A stretch of DNA of 64,000 nucleotides from Stegostoma tigrinum (taxonomy: Eukaryota), in NCBI RefSeq assembly GCF_030684315.1, contig NC_081378.1, forward strand, positions 34,334,252 to 34,398,251. Direction: 5' to 3'. This document shows positions 50,030 through 62,116 of this stretch, piece after piece. Made by a program: the position numbers and the translations under genes. Position 1 is the stretch's first letter; each line of letters starts with the position of its first letter. The notes under the pieces are model-generated. The model was given only the letters and a program-made list of their open reading frames with translations, ran no database searches and was not told the origin of the DNA.

Positions 50030-50880
50030 TAACCTGAGAAGCAAGACATGAAGAGGGTTGTGAGAAAGTAGGATCTCACAAAGATCAGCACAAGGCCCAC
50101 GTCGTTCACAATTTATATTAATGACTTAGACTTTAAAATCAATAATACAATTTCTATAGTTGATTATATCAATTTGTTTTGGGGGTGGGAGCGGGGATTG
50201 GACAGCCAACCCAATGGTCAACACTGAGGGGAAGTGCAAAAGGTTGCAAGATATTAATGAGACTGGACATTTAATGTGCAATTATTCATCGTGAATTTCA
50301 CTTGCTAAGTATAATGGTCTGGATTTTAAAAATAGTCAAGTCTCATATTTCTTGGAAAACAAGATTCTAAACCATATAGAGGAGCAAAGCGATCTGGGAG
50401 CACAAACACACAAATCAATGACAGCATAAGATAAAGGAACAGAGTTCGGCCATTCGGCCCATCGAGTCTGCTCTGCCATTCAATCATGACTGATGTGATT
50501 GAGAAACATTCTCCTGCCATCTCCCCTTAACCCTTGATCCCTTCAAAAACATATTCACCACTCTCTGGCTGGAGAGATTCGTCATCTCATTTCTAATGGG
50601 TCATTCCTTCTCTGAGGCAGTGTCCTCAGCTCCTAGTCTTCCTACTAGCAAAATATCATCTTCATGTGCATCCATGCCTCTCAGTATTCTAAACATTTCA
50701 GTCAGATATCCCCCACCCCCATTCTTCTAAACTCCATTGAGTACAAATAGTCCTTAACCGCTCCTCCTATGTCAAATCCTTCATCCCTGGGATCATTCTG
50801 GTAAACCTCCTCTGGACCCCCTCCAATGTCAGCACATCTTTCCGTAGATATAGGGCCCACACTGCTCACAATATTCCCAA
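50030..50880. mobile_element. Two CR1 fragments in opposite orientation (+ RT piece about 50030-50420; - 3' end about 50425-50880)
   Basis: + strand FTIYINDLD and gagcaaagcgatctggg motifs; the - piece carries the ataagataaaggaacag..ggccattcggccc tail. Confidence 0.65.
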
Positions 50881-51331
50881 AATAATTCCATAGAAGCCCA
50901 TATCCTATCACCAAGACACTCTTGAACCAGCTTCCTTAGAGCCAGCTCTCAGTGAACAAGATGTCTGATGTTCCAGTTTTTAATCTGTCAGCCAGGGCTC
51001 TCTGATTGGACCAGGTTAACTCATTTCTGGTTGAGCAGCAGCGCGGACCAAGAGCCCGTCGGGAAGCTGGTGAGTCACCATTTTTGAATCTATAAAAAGC
51101 TTACCTCGTGAATAGGTGGAGGTACGCTGAGCAGGAGCGGACACGGGACTGCTGAGTCAGTGAGGTAACATATTTGTGTGGTTGCGTTACCCGAAACACC
51201 AGTCAGGTAGTGTCTCCCACCCATCCTCCTCCTCTAACCAAAAAAAAAAGTTCTGTGCGCCTGGTTGGTAAGGTAACAAGTTTATTTTTTATTCTTTTTT
51301 TTAAAAACAGTCTCTTTGGGAATTTAGAATA

Positions 51332-52277
51332 ATGGGAATGGAGGTCAGGGCAGTTGAATGTTCCTCCTACAGAACGTGGGAGGTAAGGGTCACCACTAGT
51401 GTCCCTGCTGACTACATCTGCGGGAAGTGCACCCAACTCCAGCTCCTCGAAAACCACGTTAGGGAACTGGAGCTGGAGCTGGATGAACTTCAGATCATTC
51501 GGGAGGCAGAGGGGGTTATTGAGAGGAGTTAAAGGGAGTTAGTCACTCCTCAGGTACAAGAAAAAGGCAGATGGGTTACAGTCAGGGGACGGAAAGGGAA
51601 CCGGTAGGCAGTACAGGGATCCCCTGTGGCCATTCCCCTCAACAATAAGTATACCGTTTTGGATACTGTTGGGGGGGACGACTTACCAGGGGAGAGCAGT
51701 GGGGCACAGGTCTCTGGCAGAGTCTGTCCCTGCTGCTCAGAAGGGAAGGGGGAAGAGGAGCAGAGCATTTGTCACCGGGGACTCCATAGTTAGGGGGACA
51801 GATAGGAGGTTCTGTGGGGACGAGCGAGACTCACGGTTGGTGTGTTGCCTCCCAGGCGCCAGGGTGTGTGATGTCTCTGATCGTGTTTTTGGGATCCTTA
51901 AGGGGGAGGGGGAGGGGGAGCAGACCCAAGTCGTGGTCCACATTGGCACCAACAACAGAGGTAGGAAAAGAGATGGGGATTTAAGGCAGAAATTCAGGGA
52001 GCTAGGATGGAAGCTTAGAGCTAGGACGAACAGAGTTGTTGTCTCTGGTTTGTTGCCCGTGCCAGGTGCTAGTGAGGCGAGGAATAGGGAGAGAGACGAG
52101 CTGAACATGTGGCTACAGGGATGGTGCAGGAGGGAGGGTTTTGGATTCTTGGATAATTGGGTCTCTTTATGGGGTAGGTGGGACCTCTACAAACAGAATG
52201 GTCTTCACCTGAACCAGAGGGGTACCGATATCCTGGGGGGGGGGGGAAATTTGCTAAGGCTATTCGAGTGGGTTTAA
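51332..52277 (+). pseudogene. CR1 ORF1 (zinc finger/leucine zipper plus GDSL/SGNH esterase), disrupted
   Basis: C..Y...CGKC, RELELELDEL, GDSIVR, VVHIGTN, GLHLN; stop at 51530 and frameshifts. Confidence 0.85.
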
Positions 52278-52404
52278 ACTAATTCAGCAGGGGGATGGGA
52301 ACCAAAATTGTAGTTCGAGTATAGAAAAGGTTGAGAGTAGGGAGATCTGAAGTGAAGTTTCAGGGATGCAAGATGGCACCGGCAAGCAAGAAGTTGGTTT
52401 GAAG

Positions 52405-55212
52405 TGTGTCTACTTCAATGCCAGGAGCGTCCGGAATAAGGTGGGTGAACTTGCTGCATGGGTTAGTACCTGAGACTTCGATGTTGTGGCCATTTCAGAG
52501 ACATGGACAGAACAGGGACAGGAATGGTTGTGAGTGATAATGGGAACTGGATATACAGGAATGGTTGTTGCAGGTTCCGGGATTTAGATGTTTCAGTAAG
52601 AACAGAGAAGATGGTAAAAGGAGGGCGGGGGGGGGGGGGGGGTGGTGGTGGTGAGGGAGGTGAGCCATTGTTGGTCAAGGACAGTACTACAGTTGCAGAA
52701 AGGATGTTTGGGGACTCGTCAACTGAGGTAGTATGGGCTGAGGATAGAAACAGGAAAGGAGAGGTCACCCTGTTGTGAGTTTTCTATAGGCCTCTGAATA
52801 GTTCCAGATATGTAGAGGAAAGGATAGCAAAGATGATTCTCGATAGGAGTGAGAGAGACAGGGTAGTTGTCATGGGGGACTTCAACTTTCCAAATATTGA
52901 CTGGGAACACTATAGTTCGAGTACTATAGATGGGTCAGTTTTTGTCCAGTGTGTGCAGGAGGGCTTCCTGACACAGTATGTAGATAGGCCAACAAGGGGC
53001 GAAGCCACATTAGATCTGGTACTGGGTAATGAGCCCGGCCAGTTGTTAGATTTGGAAGTAGTTGAGCACTTTGGTGATAGCGATCACAATTCTGTTATAT
53101 TTACTTTAGTGATGGCAACGGATAGGTGTATACCACTGGGCAAGAGGCAATTACAATGAGATTAGGCAAGATTTAGGGAGCGTAGGATGGGGAAGGAAAC
53201 TGCAGGGGATAGGCACATTAGAAATGTGGAGCCTATTCAAGGAAAAGCTCCTGTGTGTCCTAGATAAGTATGTACCTGTCAGGCAGCGAGGAAGCTGTAG
53301 AGCGTGGGAGCCGTGGTTTATGAAGGAGGCGGAATCTCTGGTCAAGAGGAAGAAGAAGGCTTATGTTAGGATGAGATGTGAAGGCTCAGTTAGGGCGCTT
53401 GAGGGCTACGAGGTAGCCAGGAAAGACCTAAAGAGAGAGCTCAGAAGAGCCAGGAGGAAACATGAGAAGTTGTTGGCGGATAGGATCTGGGTAAACCCTA
53501 AGGCTTTCTATAGGTATTTAAGGAATAAAAGAATGACGAAAGTAAGATTAGGGCCAATCAAGGATAGTAGTGGGAAGTTGCATGTGGAGTCAGAGGAGAT
53601 AGGGGAAGCACTAAATGAATATTTTTCAACAGTATTCACTCTAGAAAACGACAATGTTATTGAGAATACTGAGATACAGGCTACTAGACTAGGTGGGATT
53701 GAGGTTCACAAGGAAGTGGTATTAGAAATCCTACAGAGTGTGAAGATAGATAAGTCCCCTGGGCCGGATGGGATTTATCCTCGGATCCTCTGGGAACCCA
53801 GGGAAGAGATTGCTGAGCCTTTGGCATTGATCTTTAACTCGTCACTGTCTACAGGAATACTGCCAGACGACTGGAGGATAGCAAATGTGGTTCCCCTGTT
53901 CAAGAAGGGGAGTAGAGGCAACCCTGGTAATTATAGACCAGTGAGCCTTACCTCAGTTGTTGGTAAAGTGTTGGAAGAGGTTATAAAAGATAGGATTTAT
54001 AAACATCTAGAAAAGAATAAATTGATTAGGGATAGTCAGCACAGTTTTGTGAAGGGAAGGCCGTGCCTCACAAACCTTATTGAGTTCTTTGAGAAGGTGA
54101 CCAAACAGGTTGATGAGAGTAAACCGGTTGATGTGGTGTATATGGATTTCAGCAAGGCGTTCGATAAGGTTCCCCACAGTAGGCTACTGTACAAAATGCG
54201 GAGGAATGGGATTGTGGGAGATATAGCAGTTTGGATCTGAAATTGGCTTGCTGAAAGAAGACAGAGGGTGGTAGTTGATGGGAAATGTTCATCCTGGAGA
54301 CCAGTTACTAGTGGTGTACCGCAAGGGTCGGTGTTGGGTCCACTGCTGTTTGTCATTTTTATAAATGACCTGGATGAGGGCGTAGAAGGATGGGTTAGTA
54401 AGTTTGCAGACGACACTAAGATCAGTGGAGTTGTGGATAGTGACGAAGGATGCTGTAGGTTGCAGAGAGACATAGATAAGCTGCAGAGCTGGGCAGAGAG
54501 GTGGCAAATGGAGTTTAATGCGGACAAGTGTGAGGTGATGCACTTTGGTAGGAGTAACCGGAAGGCAAAGTACTGGGCTAATGTTAAGATTCTTAGTAGT
54601 GTAGATGAGCAGAGAGATCTCGGTGTCCAAGTACACAGATCCTTGAAAGTTGCCACCCAGGTTGACAGGGCTGTTACGAAGGCTTACAGTGTTTTAGCTT
54701 TTATTAATAGAGGGATCGAGTTCCGGAAACAAGAGGTTATGGTGAAGCTGTACAAAACTCTGGTGCGGCCGCACTTGGAATATTGTGTACAGTTCTGGTC
54801 ACTGCATTATTGGAAGGATGTGGAAGCTTTGGAAAGGGTGCAGAGGAGATTTACTAGGACGTTGCCTGGTATGGAGGGAAGGTCTTACGAGGAAAGGCTG
54901 AGGGACTTGAGGCTGCTTTCGTTAGAGAGAAGAAGGTTGAGAGGTGACTTAATTGAGACATATAAAATAATCAAAGGGTTAGATAGGGTGGATAGGGAGC
55001 GCCTTTTTCCTAGGATGGTGACAGCGAGCACGAGGGGGCATAGCTTTAAATTGAGGGGTGAGAGATATAGGACAGATGTCAGAGGTAGTTTCTTTACTCA
55101 GAGAGTAGTAAGGGAATGGAATGCTTTGCCTGCAATGGTAGTAGATTCGCCAACTTTAAGTACATTTAAGTCATCATTGGACAAGCATATGGACGTACAC
55201 GGAATAGTGTAG
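52405..55212 (+). pseudogene. CR1 ORF2 (APE endonuclease plus reverse transcriptase), disrupted
   Basis: Long in-frame pieces of 338 and 314 aa separated by one TGA at 54238; frameshift near 53150; stops and a poly-G expansion in the endonuclease domain. Confidence 0.92.
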
Positions 55213-56039
55213 GTTAGATGGGCTTCAGATCGGTATGACAGGTCGGCACAATATCGAGGGCCGAAGTGCTGTAATGTTCTACGTTCTAACAGACCCAATC
55301 AAGGAACTCCTGTTCCATGATGCCCACTTGGCTGTTCTCATTACAATCACTACATCCCTCCCACTATGAGTCAGAGGACATAAACAGATTTCTTTTTCCA
55401 TAGCTCCTCCTGTGGCGTTTCAGCACTAGGTCAGGTTCCTCTAACTCTGCCTCAGATATGAGCAGCATGCAACACACAGTAGCTCCCCTCTCGTATTCAC
55501 TGCATTTCAGAAGAAAGTCATTGTCCCTTCAGGCCGCAAAGATATTGAGGTGACAACATACACCTGTGCCCATCTCAGATAACGAGGTATCATCAAATGC
55601 CTAAGAGAGATGGAAAACCTGTGGGTTCTGGAACAGTCGGAAAGGCAGTCAGACGTGTTTTGCACTTGCACCGTTTGCAAGTTTACAGCTGTTATCCGGT
55701 CCACGCATTTGTTCAAGACTGTCACTGGTGCAGACCTTATGTCAATCATGCCTGTTACCCATACAGGGCTATTCCTCTGGTTCCTACAACAAACTTTAAT
55801 CCCTGGAATAAACAATCTCTCTGACTTAGAGGGGTCTGGTGTCCACCACTGACAATTAATATTTTTTGTGGCATTTATTAATCTGAAGCATTAGTTATAA
55901 GCAACTTTCTATAATAGTGTTGTATCTCGCAATGGGCTTCTGAATAAAAGGACTGTGCACACTGGCAGACATCATGCTTTCCCCTATAAGCTAATAATAG
56001 CAGATCATTTTTATGCATTGTTGAGATTAGGTTTTAACT

Positions 56040-56390
56040 GGAACTTGTCTGAGACTCACTATGTAAAAGCACCATCACCCAAATTTAGTACATTACACAT
56101 TCATTATTGTCGCCAATGGCCTCATTGGCATCATTTGCTTCTTTTTTGGCTTTCTTCAGATGTCTCTCAGTCGATATCTCAATGTTATCCATCCATCCAA
56201 TTTTTCTTCTGTATTCAGCTGCAGTTTTTCTTTCAATTTTTGATAGGAGAAGACGGTCAGGTTTTATTTTCAATCCCTGCCCTTGGCCACCTTTCTCTGT
56301 TAATTGTACATGACAACTCTTTCAATTCCAGAACACCTACTTTGACCTAATGCATTCAATTTTCTTGCAGTGCATTCAGAAATACAGAAA
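56040..56390 (-). mobile_element. Possible RTE-clade LINE 3' fragment
   Basis: LLLSKIERKTAAEYRRKIGWMDNIE resembles the RTE C-terminal IxxGKIEGKRxRGRxRxxWxDNI motif. Confidence 0.45.
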
Positions 56391-56467
56391 CTAGAAAATT
56401 ACTCTTCAAAAGTCATTACACACGTGTGTATTAAAAATAAAGACAGAATTGAAAACTTATACATTAC

Positions 56468-56633
56468 CTAAAGACTTCATGCCAATACTCTTTCACATAA
56501 GAAATCTGGTGAAAAGGGATGTTGAGCATCTTACAGACTCTGAAGGCATCTTCACAGTCTTGATTACCAGTGCAAGCACCGTGTTCTTCAAGCAAGTCCC
56601 AGCTCTTCATAAAGACACCTGTCACTTGGTAGC
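56468..56633 (-). CDS. TRMU: TRMU exon 2
   Basis: gaccag|GC...TTTAG|gtaatg, 166 nt. Translates [56 protein letters not shown]. Absent from the ORF track. Confidence 0.94.
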
Positions 56634-56872
56634 CTGGTCAAAACAGGTTAGATTCACTTTTTCAATCCTGTATCACTTGAGAAATTATATGCCTTCCAAA
56701 AAAATACAACTGCAAATACAATGAAGAGTTTAATCCAGGAAAGCAATTCTCTTCTTCAATTGAAAATCCATATAAAATAACAGGACCAATAATTTTCAAA
56801 TCCACATGATAAATATCAAGATTTGAGAAGCTGCTCTTATAGTACGAACAGCAGAGTTTTGTAAAGTAAAAA

Positions 56873-57870
56873 GTGTGGTTTATAAATGACTTTAACAAAA
56901 GCTCTGCACGCAGTTTAGAAAGATCATGTCACTGATCTTCTCAGAACAAGGCAAAGGTCATCACCAAATCTGATATGTCCCCTCGGTCCACAGTACATGA
57001 CGTCAAGAAACTTTTATGTGGAGGAGAAAAATGACCAGAATGTGGCCAGGTGATCACGTTTCCATTGCTGGAAGGCTCAGCTAGTCAATAAATTAGTTCA
57101 TTAAATTACAGGGGTAGGGGAAGTCACAGGGTTCATTCTTTTGGCTTGTGCAATAGTTAACAAGTTTGTGGAAGCCAGTTTCGTCCTTGATAAACAAAGA
57201 ATTTAGGCAATTTATTGCACGCAGAACCAAGGAGTGGTGTTTTAGGAAACATGACACCGGTTAGCAATTTCTGGAATGGCTTATTGGCACAATGCCTAAT
57301 CAGTAATGGAAACTAAACATGATAGTTATAATACTTCATCCACAGGACATGGATCAAATGCACTATACAGCACTGAACAAGCTCAAAATGACAGTAAAGC
57401 ATGAATAAATCTGCTGCCCTTCCAACCTCAGAAAGGTTAGTGTCCAATGAATCATTACTCTTTGCCTGAATATAAATTGATTTTCCCAGCAGTTACATAA
57501 AATGTATTTATTGCGCCAGCTCATGTTGTCAGTACTTAAATATATTGTCATAGTTTTTCACACAAAACATAGAAATTGAATACAACAGAGCGCTCTGGTG
57601 GTTAGCTGGAAAATAATTCCAGGTGGGAGAGAAAGCTGAACTCGTTAATACACAGTTCAATAGTTTACCAGTTACAGACTGGAAATCACAGCCAATATTT
57701 GGTTTTCAAAGCTTTTTACATCGTCACAATGCTTTGCACATATTTTAAAGGCCATATAATCGATTTTCTCAGAACAAGGCAGAAGTTATAGCCAAATCTG
57801 ATTATGTCATGTTGATCCATAGTACATTGTGTACACATTGAATTTTACTTGGGTAAGAAAAATAACTGCA
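56873..57870. repeat. Diverged direct repeat of about 170 bp (56873-57040 and 57697-57870)
   Basis: Both copies contain ttctcagaacaaggca...ccaaatctgat...tcca.agtacat...agaaaaat.ac. Confidence 0.7.
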
Positions 57871-57970
57871 GCAATCCACATTTTAGTGTTTTATTAGTTT
57901 CACAAACTGTTAATGACTCTCAAGCTAAATACACGAGGGGTAAAACAACTGGATTATGGTGGAGAATATT

Positions 57971-58314
57971 ACTAACAAAAATAGAAGTTGCTGGAAAAGC
58001 TCAACAGGTCTGGCAGCATCTGTGAAGAAAAATCAAAGTTAATATTTTAGCTTTGGCGACCTTTTCTCAGAACACTTCATCCAGCTCCAACACTCTCCCT
58101 CCACCTGGACCCCTCTGCCTGGCCTTGATCTGTTCATTGAGTACCATCGACGTGACATTGGTCACCTCAATTTCCCAGCCAAGTTCTGAGGAACTGGACT
58201 TGAAATGTTAACTAATTTTTCTTCACAGATGCTATCAGACCTTCTGAGCTTATCCTGCAACTTCCAATTTTGTTCCTGCTTTACAGCATTCACAGTCCTT
58301 TTGGTATTTATTTT
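57971..58314. mobile_element. Penelope-derived hairpin element with degenerate hammerhead core and 12-bp TSD
   Basis: Inverted arms gaagttgc...gcatctgtgaagaaaaat / atttttcttcacagatgc...gcaacttc; CTGAGGA...GAAATGTTA near 58186; TSD gtggagaatatt at 57959-70 and 58315-26. Confidence 0.75.
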
Positions 58315-59659
58315 GTGGAGAATATTTCTTTCTATTCAGTGCACCCTGTTAAATAATGCATTTCAAAGAGACTGAACAAACTTTAAAAATAATTGCACAT
58401 TCACGTTTGAGTCCTATAGAAATGTAGGCAAGAAGATGGAAACTGGAAGATAGAATTTTTCCTCCTTCCAAACACTTAGATATCTACACACAGTTTCTAG
58501 ATTGAGCTCAAAGCAAACTTTTGAAAGTTCAAGGCTGTATTCGCAGAAACGTTAAAGTAAACTAATTGCCAGAAATAGCCAGGAGTTTTTTGATAGTCTT
58601 ATAGGGCTACATGTAAAGTTTAGTTTGTAAAGGTGATTAAGATTATACATCTTTGAAAAGAGCAGACAGAAGGTTTGAAACCAACAAAATTTGTAACACT
58701 GAGCAGGTGTACATTGTTTCGGTGATAAAAGATCATCTGTTTATACAGCACAAAATATGACTGGAAATGCTATCAAGAAGATATACAAATGCAAAATGAA
58801 AGATTCTTCATGTCAGCTTGTTTAAAAAGATATAGAACCAATGCATAACTTCATAAACATGCTTTAAACATTGTTTGTGGCATATTCCATTCAGTACTGG
58901 AATGAACTTGCTATTCATCAAGATAAATGAAAGAAAAAAAAAATCAACATACAGCCAGCCTCAGCCATAGTGAAGTCAGATGTGCCAAGCAGTAAACTGC
59001 CCTCTACTATTTCACAATGTTGAAACTTAATCTCAAAAGACTACAGTGATGCTTCCATTTCTCACACTAATTATCCTTTTATTTTCTGTCAGTAATAATG
59101 ATAATTTATTGTAAAATGATGTGCACTACTGTACCACATGCTTGCACTTACTGAATATTGGATTAATAGTGTCACTCACCTGAGTTAAGAAAAACACAAA
59201 ACAGACCAGATGCCATGGAACTGAACTGGACAAAACTAAGGTCAAGGATGAACAAAATACAATAACCTAACCTGTTCAGGCAGACTTTCATTCTACAGAA
59301 TTCAATGAGGGCCTTAAAACTGAATTAAATAAGTGTCACAGTATAGTTAGTTTAAATTGCCAGATCCTTAGCATGGGAAACCTGCCATCCATATCTTAGT
59401 CTATTCTGTAAGTGACAGAGTGACAAACCTGAAACGCTAATGCTATTTTTCTCATAGATGGGTTCGACCTGCTGAGCGTCTCCAGCATTTTCGGTTTCCA
59501 TTTCAGATGTGCAGTAGCTGCAGTATTTTGCTCATTTAAAATCTAGCAAGACTGTACAATGATCTTCATGATCCACTGGAGCCTTGAAAATTGTAAATAA
59601 AGCAGAGCAAATGGAATAGTAAAAGGCACACATTGCTCTAAATTTCTTTGTTCCTGCTT

Positions 59660-60070
59660 ACAGATTCGGAGTCACACAGCACAGAAACAGACCTGTCAGT
59701 CCAACTGGCCAATGCCAACTAGACATCCCAATCTGACCTAGTCCCATTTACCTGCATTTGGCCCATCTCCTTCTAAACCGTTACTATTCACATACCCATC
59801 AATGTGTCTTTAAAGTGTTGTAATTGTACCGGTCTCCACCATCATGTCTGGCAGCTCATTCCACACATGATCCACCCCCTGCATGAGAAAGTTACCCCTC
59901 GGGTTTTTTATTACATTTTTCCCCCTCTCACCTTAAATCCATGCCCTCTAGTTTTGGACTCCGCCATCCTTTAGAAAGAGAGCTTGGCCATTCACTCATC
60001 TATGCCCCTCATGATTTTATAAACCTCCGCAAGGTCACCCTTCAGCCTCTGACGCTCCGGGGAAAAATGC
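59660..60070 (-). mobile_element. CR1 LINE 3' fragment
   Basis: Highly similar to 16507-16930 and 37110-37430. Confidence 0.85.
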
Positions 60071-60711
60071 CCCTGCTTTAGGTATCTCACTGGCTTCCAT
60101 CATCTATTGGCATTTTAGGCAAGATGTTGTACTATCATAAGTTAGCAAGATGACGAGTCTTGACAGGATAGGAATCATAACTGAATTTCCCCTTAACTCC
60201 TAGTGGCCCTTAGATCAACAAACGTAGACAAGCCTAGATCACACTGGGACCTTATGCTAAGCTACTAATCTAACAATCAACCATCAGGGCAGATGGCTGC
60301 TGGAAATTTCACCACTTCAAATTCACATCTAGGTTTTGAAACGTTATTATGCTATTCTTGAGCTCCCTCTGGTGGTGCCCTGGCCACGAGACAATCAAAC
60401 CAACCAGTTTAATCTGGACTCATTAATTTTCTAAATGCAGGACAGAAACAATCAGGCAGCCACAGTTCATTAAAAAAAATACAAAAAGGAGATCAGTTAG
60501 TGCGGAACTAATGATGACTGATGAAATTTCACCCTAAAGAACACAAAGTGCTCAATAGACGTTATAAATTATTTGTCAAGAATGTGCCGAATGGGACTGC
60601 TATCAGGCAGTGGAATTTGTAGAGTGGCTCTAACAGAGAACACCCCAAAACATTTTACAGCAGCAGTATCAGACAAAACTCGATACTGAGACACTTGAGA
60701 AAACATTAGTA

Positions 60712-60942
60712 CAAAAGCAAAATATTGCAATACTGCAGGAAATCTGAAGTTTAAAAATAGCACAGCAAATGGCAGAAACATTCAACAGGCCTGGCAATAA
60801 TCTGTGGATAGAGGAACGGTCACCGTTTCAGATCTGTTGCTAATGGATTGCCACAGATCTGAAACATTAACTCTGTTTTTCTCTCTCCACAAATGTTGCC
60901 AGACTTGCTGACTATATCTAGTAAAACCTGTTTCTGTCAAGG
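60712..60942. mobile_element. Penelope-derived hairpin element with 11-bp TSD
   Basis: Central gtttcagatctg...cagatctgaaac inverted repeat with diverged outer arms; TSD aaacattagta at 60701-11 and 60943-53. Confidence 0.7.
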
Positions 60943-61514
60943 AAACATTAGTATACATGATACAAGTTTTATCAAAGGCTAAAACATGAAGTTTGCCCTG
61001 ATTGCTACTGCTGGCATCTCATTGATATCTGCCACCTCTTGTCAGTTTGTGACACAATGCAAGGGTTGTTTGAGATAGTTCACAGGCATTAATACACTTT
61101 TTTAATGCTGCGTTGAAGACCGATATAAGGATCAGCAGTCAAGCTGTACAACTGTAGAGTCTTTACAGGGGATGTGTTTATAGCATGATAGGGAAAAGTA
61201 TAATTTACATTACAATTCAGGTTATATTACTGGAACTTTCATCAGATACACAGAATACATCTGTTCCCTATAATGGTTTGTGCATAACTACCCATTTTCA
61301 TCCAAACACTACGTGTCACATCAACACACTAAATGGAGCTAAATACAAACTTCACTGTGAATCATTTCCAAGTCATTACCTTATGCGACCCACTTTACAG
61401 TGCGTGTTAAATAGCATCTAGTAGGAGGAGAGAGACCTGCTCCAGACGAAAGTAATTACATCCTAGAACAGATGATTAGAAAATATATCGACTACCAGTA
61501 TTGGAGAAACGCTT

Positions 61515-61622
61515 GTTGTGGAGTGGTAGTGTCCCTACCTTTGAGCAGGGAGACCCAGGTTCAAATCCCACCTCCTCCACAGGTATATAATAACATTCTT
61601 AACTGGTTGATTAGAAAATATT
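61515..61622 (+). mobile_element. Short tRNA-derived SINE, with a degenerate tandem copy just upstream
   Basis: agtggtag A-like box and ggttcaaatccc B box; tail tgattagaaaatat also at about 61473. Confidence 0.6.
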
Positions 61623-61987
61623 TACTCACATTATCTAGGTCCAAATAAGGCTGTACTTAAATTTTCCACTCGCAAATGAAAGGTCACTGACCTGGAACAC
61701 TGGGTGAAATCTTAAATTGGACTGAAAGGCATGAGTTATTGTGAGAAGTATAACAGCACCAGGTGACACGAGCAGCAAGGTCCATTTCGATTGTCATCAA
61801 GATTACCTCAATCCATCTTTTCACAAGTTGTGCGGTGAAATTCTCATTAGGCAGCAGCAGGATGCCAATTGACACAGGTTGCTGCTTATTAAACACCTTG
61901 TCAATGCCACAAATTGCCTCATTAATATTCAGCCTCCAATCTTACCAAAATCACCAAACAAGCTCAGGAAAAGCTCCAATCTGAAAA

Positions 61988-62116
61988 TTTCTGAAGAAGG
62001 GTCTCAACCCAAAATGTCAACTTTTCTGTTCCTCTGATGCTGCCTGGCCTGCTGTGTTCTTCCAGCTCTACACTGTGTTATCTCTGTCTCCTGCATCTGC
62101 AGTTCTTACTATCTCT
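61988..62116 (+). mobile_element. Single arm of the 42.8-kb hairpin family, with mutated hammerhead core
   Basis: CTGAAGA-agggt..accc-AAAATGTC followed by ctctgatgctgcctggcctgctgtgttc..ccagctcta, as in 42896-42990. Confidence 0.75.

Larger units (their letters stand above)
51021..55288 (+). mobile_element. Near-full-length CR1 LINE (5' UTR, ORF1, ORF2, TGTTCTA-type tail), inactivated
   Basis: ORF1 from ATG 51332: Zn finger, coiled coil, SGNH esterase. ORF2 about 52405-55212: APE (GDFNF, LDLVL, SDHN) and RT (YRPVSL, GVPQGSVLGP, FADD). Tail tgttctacgttcta. Antisense within TRMU intron 2. Confidence 0.95.
50883..55850 (-). mobile_element. Gypsy-type LTR retrotransposon 3' remnant (integrase C-terminus, PPT, 3' LTR) split by a CR1 insertion
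   Basis: Minus ORF FIPGIKVCCRNQRNSPVWVTG...RSAPVT...KCVDRI resembles the integrase C-terminal domain. PPT GGGAGGGA (55355-62) abuts TGTAGTG at 55354. The LTR appears to continue at 51020 on the far side of the CR1. Confidence 0.65.

Noticed and set aside
52620-52660. Poly-G/GGT run with G-quadruplex potential; Pro-rich ORF on -
   Set aside because: Homopolymer expansion inside the dead CR1 endonuclease region; run length is also error-prone.
54036-54656. 206-aa minus-strand ORF (and similar 1216-1536, 51737-52108)
   Set aside because: Antisense shadow of CR1 coding sequence, not an independent gene.
58885-58915. QYWNE-like string resembling the end of TRMU exon 2
   Set aside because: Wrong strand; the real exon 2 is at 56468-56633.
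60569-60781. Minus ORF as a candidate TRMU exon 1
   Set aside because: Lacks the SGGVDS PP-loop and overlaps a hairpin repeat; exon 1 was not found in the window.
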